A stretch of 63,142 nucleotides of DNA, filler included. It is 5 parts of 5 records of this genome, joined end to end, with 100 filler letters (N's around TTAATTAATTAA, not from the genome) between each part and the next. Parts side by side here need not be neighbours in the genome. Positions count along the whole stretch, not along the records: positions 39,831 to 56,122 come from DRR723986_7283; positions 56,223 to 63,142 come from DRR723986_7310; 3 more parts are not named here. One strand, 5' to 3'. The stretch's first letter is position 1; each line of letters starts with the position of its first letter. Positions 48,202 through 57,524 of this stretch are shown piece after piece. Below the pieces are notes generated by a model, which had not been told where the DNA came from, made no database searches, and saw only the letters and a list, made by a program, of their open reading frames with translations. The translations under genes and the position numbers were made by a program.

Positions 48202-48843
48202 ATGTACAGCAACAACACGTACAACCGTTGGCGACGCCACCCCTGGCACGGCCTGCATGCCCGTTCCGAAGGCGCGGCAGAAGACGTGGTCCAGGTCTAC
48301 ATCGAGATGACCCCATCGGACGTGGTCAAGTACGAGCTGGACAAAAACTCCGGCTTCCTGATGGTAGACCGCCCGCAGCGCACCACCTCGAGCCCGCCCG
48401 CACTGTACGGCTTCATCCCGCGCACCTTCTGCGCCGAGGAAGTTGCCAAGCGCTGCAGCCACGCAGATATAGCGGACAGTGACCCGCTGGACATTTGCGT
48501 CTACTCGGAACGCCTGATCACCCGGGCCGACATCATCCTCAATGCGCGGGTGGTTGGCGGTATCCAGATGATTGACGGCGGCGAGGCCGATGACAAGATC
48601 GTTGCTGTCCTTGAGGGCGACAACATCTGGGGCGACGTGCACGACATCAATGACCTGCCGAAGATCAAGACCGAACGCCTGCAGCACTACTTCTCGACCT
48701 ACAAGATGGTTCCCGGCAAGGAGAACGACATCAAGGTGGACTACGTCTACGGCCGGGACGAGGCCCTCGCGGTGATCGCCGCGGCGGAGAAGGACTACTG
48801 GAATCACTACGGCGAACTGCACGCGCAGGCCAAGGCGTCCTGA
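48202..48843 (+). CDS. ppa: Soluble inorganic pyrophosphatase (family I)
   Basis: HPWHG, KYELDK, YGFIPRT, DSDPLD and MIDGGEADDKI motifs. Confidence 0.95.
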   Translation: MYSNNTYNRWRRHPWHGLHARSEGAAEDVVQVYIEMTPSDVVKYELDKNSGFLMVDRPQRTTSSPPALYGFIPRTFCAEEVAKRCSHADIADSDPLDICVYSERLITRADIILNARVVGGIQMIDGGEADDKIVAVLEGDNIWGDVHDINDLPKIKTERLQHYFSTYKMVPGKENDIKVDYVYGRDEALAVIAAAEKDYWNHYGELHAQAKAS

Positions 48844-49560
48844 TCAGGGGCGGGGACACCAGCCCTCGCCCACCGCGACAAACCGTGCCAGCAATCCCGG
48901 GAGGTCGTCCTCGATGACCTCCCGCAACAGCAGCCCGTCCTCGGCAAGCGCCTGATCCCAAGCCTCCCGCAACACCAGCTCATCAAGTTCCAACGCACAG
49001 TCCCAGGCCAGCGGCGCATAGCTGAGGTGCCAGCGCTCGGGGGCCACCCCGCCCCGGTCCAGCGCGTAGGGCCGGTAGAACCCGTGCGAGCGCTGCTGCT
49101 GCATACGCTCATCCAGCCAGCAATGCAGCGGGTCAAACACCCCTCCGGCGGCAACCTCCTCGGGGGTCAGCTGGACCTGGTAGTCTGCCGGCACCGCGGC
49201 CGCATCATACACATCCAGGTCAGTTCCCCAGTGGTGGCGGGACGTGCCCGGCAGGGCAGAGAAACGCAGGATGGCGTACAGCTGCTGCCGCGGGGCCAGC
49301 GTGGCCAGGCTAAGCGGACGACCGGCATCATCGTGTACCGCGCGCTCGCCCGATGCCTTGCCGTTAAAAATCAGGCACTGGCGCTCAAAAGAGCGAAAAC
49401 TACTGGCGATCGCCAGCCCGAAACCCGCCGCCCGCGCATCCGCCTGCAGGCAGGCAAACGACTCCGCCACCTGGGCCTGCAGCCGATGCCCACCGTCGAA
49501 AGCCACCAGGTGGCTGTCCTGGCGCCCGGTAAGCTCGGCACTGTTCAGGTGATGCGACAA
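48844..49560 (-). CDS. M15 family D-Ala-D-Ala carboxypeptidase (VanY-like)
   Basis: SSFRSFERQ, SALPGTSRHHWGTDLD and PERWH motifs. Confidence 0.9.
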   Translation of the reverse strand: MSHHLNSAELTGRQDSHLVAFDGGHRLQAQVAESFACLQADARAAGFGLAIASSFRSFERQCLIFNGKASGERAVHDDAGRPLSLATLAPRQQLYAILRFSALPGTSRHHWGTDLDVYDAAAVPADYQVQLTPEEVAAGGVFDPLHCWLDERMQQQRSHGFYRPYALDRGGVAPERWHLSYAPLAWDCALELDELVLREAWDQALAEDGLLLREVIEDDLPGLLARFVAVGEGWCPRP

Positions 49561-49812
49561 GGCGCTACTCCCTTGAGATTGTGATTGCCCCGGCGAGTCG
49601 CAGCGAGCGAGCTCGGTGAGGGACGCGTCTATCCTATCGCGGAACCGGTCACCGGCGCAGCACGGGACAGCCGGCCGGGAAAATCGCGAGTGCGCGGTTC
49701 CTGTACTATCCTGAATCCCGGGAGTCGCGTGCGTACCACCTTTAGCTGCAGGGGTGAATTGGCTGGTCTCCCGCCAGGCGGGGGATGCCGGTTACGGCGC
49801 GGAGATCGACAG

Positions 49813-51792
49813 GTGAGCGAAGACAATAAGGGCAAGCCTCAGGACGGACCCGATACGGCCGACGAACAGCCAACCGTGGTCAACGAAGAAACGGTTTCCA
49901 ACGCTGACCAGGCATCCGGGGATGAGTACACCACTTTCAGCGGTAGCGGAAACACCCGCTCCCAGGGCTTCGAAACCGCCAGGAAAATCGCCGAGGATGC
50001 GCGCAATATCTCCGGGCGATTATTGAAAAAACGCTTCGTCCTTGAAGATGTGATGGGCGAAGGCGGCATGGGCCGTGTGTACCGGGCGCGCGACCTGCGC
50101 AAAGTCGAGGCAGAGGACAAGAACCCTTACGTAGCGGTGAAAGTTCTCGGCCAGAGTTTTCGGGATCACCCGAAGGCGTTTGTCGCCCTGCAGCAGGAAG
50201 CGGTCAAGTCGCAGAAGCTGGCCCACCCCAATATTGTCACGGTGCACGATTTCGATCGTGACGGCGACACCATTTTCATGACCATGGAGTTGCTCAAAGG
50301 TGACCCGCTGGATCAGCTTATCCGGCTGCAAGCGCCTTTCAGCAAGGAACTCGCACTGCGCTATTTCGGCGATCTCTGTGCCGGCCTCGACTACGCCCAC
50401 AAGCGAGGCCTGATCCACTCCGATTTCAAGCCCGGCAATATCTTCGTTACCGCGACAGGCACGGTGAAGATCCTCGATTTCGGCATTGCCCGTGCAGCCA
50501 GCAGCAGTGTGCTCAGTCATGACTACGACGCGGGAGAACTCGGCGCCCTGACTCCGGCCTATGCGACCGTGGAAATGATTCAGGGCCAGCCGCCCAGCTT
50601 CAGCGATGACGTATACGCCCTGGCCTGCGTGCTTTACCTCATGCTGACCGGCGAGCACCCCTATCAGCGCAAGAGTGCAGCCGAAGCCCGGGAACTGAAG
50701 TTAAAACCGGCACGGGTGACCGGCCTCGACAAGCGCGAATGGCAGGCCCTGAACGCCGCCCTGTCCTTCAGCCCCGGGGAGCGCCCGGCCAGCATCGCCG
50801 CCTTCCACGAGGCGATGCTGCCAGCGGCAAGTTCCGGCAAGTTGAAGTTCGGGATCGCAAGCGCGGTCCTTTTGGTGCTGGTCGCCAGCGGATTCTTCTA
50901 CCAGCAGTCACAGGTGGAAGCGCGCCAGCAGGAAACCATCAGCGCCAGCCTGGCAGCAGCCAAGGACTGCTTCTTCGCCAGAGACTTCCGCTGTACGGTG
51001 GAAAACGCCCTGGTAGTGAGCAAGCTGGCGCCCGGAAATCGGGAGGCGGAGCAGCTTCTGGCGACCGCCGAGCAGGAGCTGGCCGAGCTGGAGCGCGGCC
51101 AGCAGATCGATGACCGCCTGGCCCGGGCCCGACAGTGCCTTAACGCGGGGGATTTCGACTGTGCGAACCTCCAGCTCGAGGCGGTCCTGCGCAGCAATCC
51201 GAACGAGGGTCGCGCCCTGCAGCTGGGTCAGGCACTTGACCGGGCACGCAATGAAGCCCGGATAAGCCAGCTCCTGGACCAGGCGCAGGCCTGCCTGGCG
51301 CGCACTGAGCTCGACTGCGCCGGGGAGGCGCTGACCGCGGCAGAACAGGCTGGCGCGCTTGCCCAGCAACTCAGTGCACTACAGGAATCACTGGCTAGCG
51401 CGCGGAATGCCGAGCGAGCCGCAACAGAGCAACGTGCCAGTGCCATCGACCAGCTGCTGACCAGTGCGAGAGTCTGCCTTGAGAGGTCGGATCTGTCCTG
51501 CAGCGACTCCCGCCTGAGTGAACTGGAGACCCTGGACCCGGGCAATATTGAGGGTATCGAGTTACGTCAGGCGGTGGCAGCTGCCCGCGACCAGGCCCGC
51601 ACTAACCAGCGCCTGGTAGACGGTATCCTCGACGAAGCCCGCAGCTGCGAAGCCCGGAAGAATTACAGCTGCGCTATTGCCAAATCGGAGGCTGCACTGG
51701 CCATCATGCCCGGCAACTCCGCTGCCACCGAACTCGCCGCCCGGGTAAGGCAAGCGCAGCAGCAGGCCAAGCGAGCCATCACGATCGAGTAA
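49813..51792 (+). CDS. Membrane Hanks-type Ser/Thr kinase with five extracytoplasmic Cys-pair helical repeats
   Basis: GEGGMG.VY, VAVK, HPNIV, IHSDFKPGN, DFG and TPAYAT motifs; TM FGIASAVLLVLVASGFFY; GTG start with GGAG RBS. Confidence 0.92.
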   Translation: MSEDNKGKPQDGPDTADEQPTVVNEETVSNADQASGDEYTTFSGSGNTRSQGFETARKIAEDARNISGRLLKKRFVLEDVMGEGGMGRVYRARDLRKVEAEDKNPYVAVKVLGQSFRDHPKAFVALQQEAVKSQKLAHPNIVTVHDFDRDGDTIFMTMELLKGDPLDQLIRLQAPFSKELALRYFGDLCAGLDYAHKRGLIHSDFKPGNIFVTATGTVKILDFGIARAASSSVLSHDYDAGELGALTPAYATVEMIQGQPPSFSDDVYALACVLYLMLTGEHPYQRKSAAEARELKLKPARVTGLDKREWQALNAALSFSPGERPASIAAFHEAMLPAASSGKLKFGIASAVLLVLVASGFFYQQSQVEARQQETISASLAAAKDCFFARDFRCTVENALVVSKLAPGNREAEQLLATAEQELAELERGQQIDDRLARARQCLNAGDFDCANLQLEAVLRSNPNEGRALQLGQALDRARNEARISQLLDQAQACLARTELDCAGEALTAAEQAGALAQQLSALQESLASARNAERAATEQRASAIDQLLTSARVCLERSDLSCSDSRLSELETLDPGNIEGIELRQAVAAARDQARTNQRLVDGILDEARSCEARKNYSCAIAKSEAALAIMPGNSAATELAARVRQAQQQAKRAITIE

Positions 51793-51835
51793 TTTGGTCT
51801 AAGCTCATATGGCGGCACGAACCGGGAGGTCACCC

Positions 51836-52462
51836 ATGAACAGGCTCTTAGCAATCGGCTTGCTGGTCGCCTTTTCGGCGAGCATCCAGGCCAGCTTTCT
51901 GGACCAGCTGAAAGATGCTGTAGAAGCGACTGCCAAACGAACCGCGGAGCAGGTGGCCATCGAGACCGCCACCGAGCTGGTGCGGGATATGATCATCGGC
52001 TACACCACGGTACAGACTAGCAGTGAAAAGGAAGTCAGCGACGAATACACCCGAGAGAACGGCTCGCTGCCGGAAACCATGACCCTGGCCTCTTACAGCA
52101 CCGAGATTCTGCCAGGCGCAGCGGTAAGCCCGGGCACCAGGGTCACCGTAAAGTCGTACATTGAGGTCGTTCCCGGCCGCAACGGCAAACAGGCCCGGAT
52201 CGAGGAAACACTGACCATCTGGGACAACGAGGATAACTCGGTCGCGCTGAAGAACATGACCAAGCAGGCCGGCGCGGGGGGCGGGGGTTTCCGTGGCGAA
52301 TTCAGTTTCACCCTGCCGGAAGGCCTGCCAGAGGGGGTCTACCCGATCAGCAGCTCCCTGCTGATGGACGGCGAATGGATAAAAGACCAAAACCATAAGC
52401 TGCAACTGGTGCATGCGGGCGATAAGCTGCGCATCATCCACGTAGCCAGCCACAGCCAGTAG
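51836..52462 (+). CDS. Hypothetical secreted protein with a possible Ig-like C-terminal domain
   Basis: GGAGG RBS; signal peptide; F.LPEGLPEGVYPI segment. Confidence 0.75.
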   Translation: MNRLLAIGLLVAFSASIQASFLDQLKDAVEATAKRTAEQVAIETATELVRDMIIGYTTVQTSSEKEVSDEYTRENGSLPETMTLASYSTEILPGAAVSPGTRVTVKSYIEVVPGRNGKQARIEETLTIWDNEDNSVALKNMTKQAGAGGGGFRGEFSFTLPEGLPEGVYPISSSLLMDGEWIKDQNHKLQLVHAGDKLRIIHVASHSQ

Positions 52463-52557
52463 ACAAGGCTGGCAAGCGCAACAGTCAGGGCAGCCGGGAT
52501 ACCGGATCAGCCCATCGAAGGAAACATTGGCAAACCTCTGCCTTGAAGGAGTTCAGC

Positions 52558-53370
52558 ATGCACAGATTTCTGGGAAAGACGATGATCCGCACACTCGCCG
52601 TTGCGCTGTGTACCGCCGGTGGCGCCTGGGCTGATGTGACCACGGTGCAAACCAACAACGGCGACACCATGACCTATGAATATGAGGGTGACAAGCTGCG
52701 CATTGATGTCGGCCAACAGGATAGTTACATGCTGCTGGTCGACGGCACGGTGTATTCCGTGACCCGCTCCGACGGTGAGTACATGGTGGTCGACGTCAGC
52801 CAGGCGATGTCAATGTTTGGCAGCGCATTGCGCGATGCGGCACCGGGCGCTGCCGACAGCCGGGTCGAGTCCTTCGAGGCAACCGGGCGCAAGGAAACCA
52901 TCGCCGGGATTGAAGGTGAGGTCTACCTGGTGAAATACATCGACCACGAGGGCAAGGCGCAGCAGGGTGAGATGGTCCTGTCGGAGGACCCGCGGACCCT
53001 CGGCCTCCGCGATGCGATCTTTAAGTTTGCGCGGTCGATAACGAAATCCCTGGGCGAGGAAGTCGATCCCGCGCAGCTCCAGTCCCGCTTGCTGGAAAAG
53101 GATATGGGCGTGCTGCGCTACGGCCAGGATATGACCGTCACCTCGATCCAGCGCGTTGACGTGGACGATGCCCGCTTCGTGCTGCCGGCCGAGCCGATGG
53201 ACCTGTCGGGAATCGGCGGCATCCTGGGTGGCAGCGGCGGGCTGGGCGGCCTGTTCGGGTCCTCCAACAAGACCACCGGGGACGAACCGGCGGCGCAGGA
53301 CACGGAATCGGCAGCGGAATCGCCGGTTGAGGAACTCGGCAAGGCCTTCGGCAAACTGTTCGGCAACTGA
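52558..53370 (+). CDS. Secreted DUF4412-like protein
   Basis: AGGAG RBS; signal peptide; TGRKETIAGIEGEVY and V.DARF.LP segments. Confidence 0.75.
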   Translation: MHRFLGKTMIRTLAVALCTAGGAWADVTTVQTNNGDTMTYEYEGDKLRIDVGQQDSYMLLVDGTVYSVTRSDGEYMVVDVSQAMSMFGSALRDAAPGAADSRVESFEATGRKETIAGIEGEVYLVKYIDHEGKAQQGEMVLSEDPRTLGLRDAIFKFARSITKSLGEEVDPAQLQSRLLEKDMGVLRYGQDMTVTSIQRVDVDDARFVLPAEPMDLSGIGGILGGSGGLGGLFGSSNKTTGDEPAAQDTESAAESPVEELGKAFGKLFGN

Positions 53371-53402
53371 GCCAGCTTGCCCAGCATGCGGGAGCCAAGG
53401 TC

Positions 53403-53717
53403 CTGAGCCGAATCGGCAACATCGCGGATTTCGAGGACAACACCAGCAGCACGATCCAGGTGGACTACCTCGAGCTGTTGGTGGTGAAGCGTGCCGGCTC
53501 GCTGTTCCTGTACCGCAATCACTGCCCGCACACCCAGGAGTCCCTCGACCCTATGGGGGGCTCCGTCGCCAGCAGTGATGCCCTGCTCATCGTCTGCCAG
53601 CGCCACGGCGCGCAGTTCCTCACCGATACCGGGGAGTGCGTCAGCGGCCCCTGCCAGGGAGAACACCTCGAGGCCATTCCGTTTACCCTGAGTGGCGGGG
53701 ATATCTACCTGGACTGA
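53403..53717 (+). CDS. Rieske (2Fe-2S) ferredoxin
   Basis: NHCPH...C..HGAQF...TGECVSGPC; probable CTG start at 53403 (first canonical start is GTG 53460). Confidence 0.88.
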   Translation: MSRIGNIADFEDNTSSTIQVDYLELLVVKRAGSLFLYRNHCPHTQESLDPMGGSVASSDALLIVCQRHGAQFLTDTGECVSGPCQGEHLEAIPFTLSGGDIYLD

Positions 53718-53724
53718 GCCAGGG

Positions 53725-54426
53725 CTAGGGATCGAGACTGAACGGTAGCGGCTCACTGAGGCGCAGACCGTCGGTAGCAATCTCCGCCCGCCAGGCCGCG
53801 ACTTCAAGACCACGCGCCATGGCGTCCCCGAGGGCATCGCGATAGCGGAGGTCGATATCCCCCGCCGCGCTGACCCGCTCAATGCCACGATGGAGCACGC
53901 AGAACAGCAGCAGCGCGCGCTGCCCCGGCGCCAGGGAGTCACACAGCTCGACAATATGTTTGCGACCTCGTTCGCTGACCGCGTCCGGGAACACCCCCAG
54001 CCCCTGCTCGCGACACAGGGTGACCGATTTAACCTCGACCAGCACCTGTCCCAGCGCACCGCTGAGTTGCAGATCGGCCCGGCTAGACTTGCCGTAGGCC
54101 ACCTCGGTGCGCAACTCCGGATAGTCCGCAAAACCCGGGATAACCCCGTGCTCAAAGCCCTCGCGCACTACCGCATTGGCCCGCGCCGAGTGGATACAGG
54201 CCATGCCCTCCGGGGTTTCAACCAGCTCCCAGGTGTGCGGGTACTTGCGAGTCTTGCTGTCACTACGGGACAACCACACCCGGGCGCCCTCCGGCGTACA
54301 GCCGGTCATCGCCCCGGTATTCGGGCAGTGGGCGGTAATGCGCTCCCCGTCTGCCAACTCCACGTCCGCCAGGAAGCGTTTGTAGCGCCGCAACAGGCGC
54401 CCCTCGAGCAGTGGTGGCAACTGCAT
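53725..54426 (-). CDS. sfsA: Sugar fermentation stimulation protein A / nuclease
   Basis: RRYKRFLADV, AHCPNTGAM, VEVKSVTL and FPDAVSERGRKH motifs. Confidence 0.96.
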   Translation of the reverse strand: MQLPPLLEGRLLRRYKRFLADVELADGERITAHCPNTGAMTGCTPEGARVWLSRSDSKTRKYPHTWELVETPEGMACIHSARANAVVREGFEHGVIPGFADYPELRTEVAYGKSSRADLQLSGALGQVLVEVKSVTLCREQGLGVFPDAVSERGRKHIVELCDSLAPGQRALLLFCVLHRGIERVSAAGDIDLRYRDALGDAMARGLEVAAWRAEIATDGLRLSEPLPFSLDP

Positions 54427-55601
54427 CAGCCCAGCACCCGGGTGAGGCGCTCCACCGCCAGCTCAAGGCGGTCCATCCCGGTGGTGTAGGAGAAACGCAC
54501 GTGTTGCCTGGCCCGGTTGTGGCCGAAATCCAGCCCGGGGGTAACCGCCAGGCCGTGCTCCTCGAGCAGGCCCAGGCAGAAGGCCTGGCTGTCATCGGTA
54601 AAACGGCTGGCGTCGGCATAGATATAGAACGCACCTTCCGGTTTACAGGGAATGTCAAAACCCAGCGCCTGCAGCGCCGGGAACAGGAAATCCCGGCGTT
54701 CGCGGAAGATGTCACGGCGCTCGTCCAGGATCGCCCGGGTCGCCGGCTCGAACGCCGCCAGGGCCGCGTACTGGGCCATGGTCGACATGGAGATGAACAG
54801 GTTCTGGGCCAGTTTCTCCAGCGCGCCCACCGCGTACTCGGGGGCTACCAGCCAGCCGAGTCGCCAGCCGGTCATACCGAAGTACTTGGAAAAACTGTTG
54901 ATGACGAAGGCATCCGGGTCCACTTCGAGAATGGAGGGGGTGGGCGCGTCATAGCCCAGACCGTGGTAGATCTCGTCCACCACCAGGTGGCCATCGCGGC
55001 GCCGAACGGCGGCCGACAGGGCCCGCAGTTCATCCCGGTCCAGGGCGGTCCCGGTGGGATTGGCCGGCGAAGCCACCATCACCCCACAGGTATCGTCACG
55101 CCAGTGCTCTTCTACCAGCGCGGCGGTGAGCTGGTAGCGGCTGCTTGCATCCACCGGCACCAGTTGCCCACGGCCCTCGACCAGGCGCATGAAATTGCGG
55201 TTGCAGGGATAACCGGGATCACTGATCAACATGCCGTCCCCCGGGTTTAACAACAGGGCAGACAACAGCAACAGGGCCCCCGAGGCTCCCGGGGTGATCA
55301 TAATCCGGGACGGCGCCACATCAATGCCGTACTCCTGTCGGTAATAGGCCGACAGGGCTTCGCGCAGCTGGGGAATACCCGCGGCCTGGGAATAGTGCGT
55401 GGCACCCCGGGCGAGGGCCGCCCGCCCGGCCTCAATGATCGGCGCAGCGGTAGGGAAATCCGGCTCACCCGCCGCGAGGTGCACAATATCGCGCCCGGCC
55501 GCCGCCAGTTCGGTCGCCCGCCCCAGCACTTCCACGACCCGGAACGGCTCGATATCCGCCACCCGGTCGGCGAACTGCCGACCCTTGCCAGCCCCTGCCA
55601 T
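54426..55601 (-). CDS. Class I/II PLP-dependent aminotransferase
   Basis: GEPDF, SPANPTG, DEIYH and NSFSKYFGMTGWRLGW motifs. Confidence 0.93.
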   Translation of the reverse strand: MAGAGKGRQFADRVADIEPFRVVEVLGRATELAAAGRDIVHLAAGEPDFPTAAPIIEAGRAALARGATHYSQAAGIPQLREALSAYYRQEYGIDVAPSRIMITPGASGALLLLSALLLNPGDGMLISDPGYPCNRNFMRLVEGRGQLVPVDASSRYQLTAALVEEHWRDDTCGVMVASPANPTGTALDRDELRALSAAVRRRDGHLVVDEIYHGLGYDAPTPSILEVDPDAFVINSFSKYFGMTGWRLGWLVAPEYAVGALEKLAQNLFISMSTMAQYAALAAFEPATRAILDERRDIFRERRDFLFPALQALGFDIPCKPEGAFYIYADASRFTDDSQAFCLGLLEEHGLAVTPGLDFGHNRARQHVRFSYTTGMDRLELAVERLTRVLG

Positions 55602-55804
55602 AATCACGCTCCCCTGCGTTTCGGGGCGCTATTCTAGCAATCCCCGAGCCCCGCATGACAGGGCGTGTGGAGAGCGGATTTTTTTGTGGCACAGTTACTG
55701 GATATCTGGTAGTTTCACCGCCCTCAATTCATCGGCCCCCTTTGCCCGATTGGGCGTTTTCTGCCCCGGGTCGATCGGACACAACGACGTATGGGAAGTT
55801 AACC

Positions 55805-56122
55805 ATGCCAACAAAAGCAAAATCTGCACCCAAGAAGAAAGCCGCACCGAAGAAGAAGGCCGCCGCCAAGCGCAGCGTGGCCGCCCGTAACGCGGTGGCC
55901 ACCGAGTTCAAGAATTTCGAGCCCTATAAACCGAAGCGGGGCGAGGAGTACATGAACGAGAAGCAGCGCAGCCACTTCCGCAGCATTCTGCTGAACTGGA
56001 AGTCGCAGTTGATGCAGGAAGTGGACCGCACCGTGAGCCACATGAAAGACGAGGCGGCCAATTTCCCCGATCCGGCCGACCGCGCTACCCAGGAAGAAGA
56101 GTTCAGCCTGGAACTTCGCACC
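55805..56122 (+). CDS. dksA: RNA polymerase-binding protein DksA, C-terminus cut by the contig end
   Basis: EEYMNEKQ..HF..IL..WK and NFPDPADRATQEEEFSLELRT motifs. Confidence 0.95.
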
Positions 56123-56222
56123 NNNNNNNNNNNNNNNNNNNNNNNNNNNNNNNNNNNNNNNNNNNNTTAATTAATTAANNNNNNNNNNNNNNNNNNNNNN
56201 NNNNNNNNNNNNNNNNNNNNNN
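56123..56222. other. Artificial contig linker
   Basis: 44 N + TTAATTAATTAA + 44 N. Confidence 0.98.
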
Positions 56223-56276
56223 AAACGAAATAAGGCAAAGCCTGAGTTATCATCGAATTAGTCAGAGGTGCCCTAG
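56223..56276. mobile_element. Possible end of an IS5-like element (terminal inverted repeat plus CTAG target)
   Basis: TTAGTCAGAGGTGCC (reverse complement GGCACCTCTGACTAA) directly followed by CTAG near the contig edge; no transposase in view. Confidence 0.3.
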
Positions 56277-56395
56277 AATAAGCTAAGCGGTTTTACCGCC
56301 AACGTAGCGAATAGTATTCACAAAATGTTGCGAATAATTGGCCATTCGTCGCTTTTACTACGCGCTTTATTCAATACTTATCCCTAAGCCTATAC

Positions 56396-56410
56396 ATCAC
56401 AAATTGTGAT
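56396..56410. promoter_or_regulatory. Palindromic ATC-N9-GAT / T-N11-A LysR-type box upstream of lpxR
   Basis: ATCACA-AAT-TGTGAT with perfect 6-bp arms. Confidence 0.45.
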
Positions 56411-56497
56411 AAAAACCATGCTCGCTAGTTATTATTAATTAGCAATTCGCTGCACGAAACTCCGCTCATCGACCCATTACCGATACTGAGCGGAGCC

Positions 56498-57517
56498 ATG
56501 AAAACACCACTTATTATTTTAGCCAGTGCGCTGATCCTACTCATCTACACACCAATAAGCTTTGCCGAAAAAAGCCTCGCTGTGTCACTCGACAACGACT
56601 TATTCGCCCCCAGGCAAACTGACCGAGACTACACGGCGGGCATTGCCGTAAAAATTTTCGATGACAGCAATATCGCTCAACTGCCCGCCCTCGACCGCGC
56701 TTTAGCCGCTGCTGACAAACTTGCCGGCGGCAGCGCAATTCTTACCGCCAAACAAAACCACACGGCGCTGGAACTTGGCTTCTACGGCTTTACCCCGGAA
56801 GAGATCGACAACGCGCACATCATTCCCAACGACCGCCCCTACTCCAGCCTGATTTATCTATCGGCCAGCCGCGCCTATCAGGCGGCGAACAGTCTTAATG
56901 GCTGGACGAGTTCTCTCACTGTAGGGGCACTGGGCCTTGATGTTTTCAAAGCCTCACAAAACACCGTGCACCGGCTGGTTGGCAGCAAACGGGCCGACGG
57001 TTGGCGGCACCAAATCTCTAACGGCGGCGAATTGACCGCGCGCTACTCGCTGGCCTATCACGACTACACCAGCCTCAACAGCCAGCGCACAAAACTAAAG
57101 CTCAGTTATTTTTCGTCGCTCGGCTATCTTACCGAGGCGGGTATCGCGCTTTCCTTTCGCGACGGACTGATCTCCTCGCCCAGCAATCGCTTTAACCCTG
57201 AGCTAGCCCACTACGGTGAACACGCCACCGATACAGGTGGCGGGCATAGCCGCGAACACTATTTCTGGGCGGGAGTCTCCCTAAAGGCACGCGCCTACAA
57301 CGCGTTTCTGCAAGGTCAGTTCCGCCAAAGTCGCCATACCATCAGCCACGAAGATGTGCGCTATCTGTTGGCCGAGGCCTGGCTGGGCTACACCTTTGCG
57401 TTGAGCCGTCACTACACACTCAGTTATGTGGCGCGGGTGCAGAGTTCGGAAATACAAGGCGGAAAGGGAGACCGCTTACTAAGTTGGGGTGGCCTGGTGC
57501 TGAGCCGAACGCTGTGA
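56498..57517 (+). CDS. lpxR: Lipid A 3'-O-deacylase LpxR family (DUF2219) outer-membrane protein
   Basis: Signal peptide; DNDLF..TDRDYTAG, FTPE, DRPYS, QN.VH, GW.HQI and YNAFLQG motifs. Confidence 0.8.
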   Translation: MKTPLIILASALILLIYTPISFAEKSLAVSLDNDLFAPRQTDRDYTAGIAVKIFDDSNIAQLPALDRALAAADKLAGGSAILTAKQNHTALELGFYGFTPEEIDNAHIIPNDRPYSSLIYLSASRAYQAANSLNGWTSSLTVGALGLDVFKASQNTVHRLVGSKRADGWRHQISNGGELTARYSLAYHDYTSLNSQRTKLKLSYFSSLGYLTEAGIALSFRDGLISSPSNRFNPELAHYGEHATDTGGGHSREHYFWAGVSLKARAYNAFLQGQFRQSRHTISHEDVRYLLAEAWLGYTFALSRHYTLSYVARVQSSEIQGGKGDRLLSWGGLVLSRTL

Positions 57518-57524
57518 AGAGGCG

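Noticed and set aside
53118-54155. 345-aa minus-strand ORF spanning three genes
   Set aside because: It overlaps the well-supported DUF4412-like, Rieske and sfsA genes and has a non-protein-like composition
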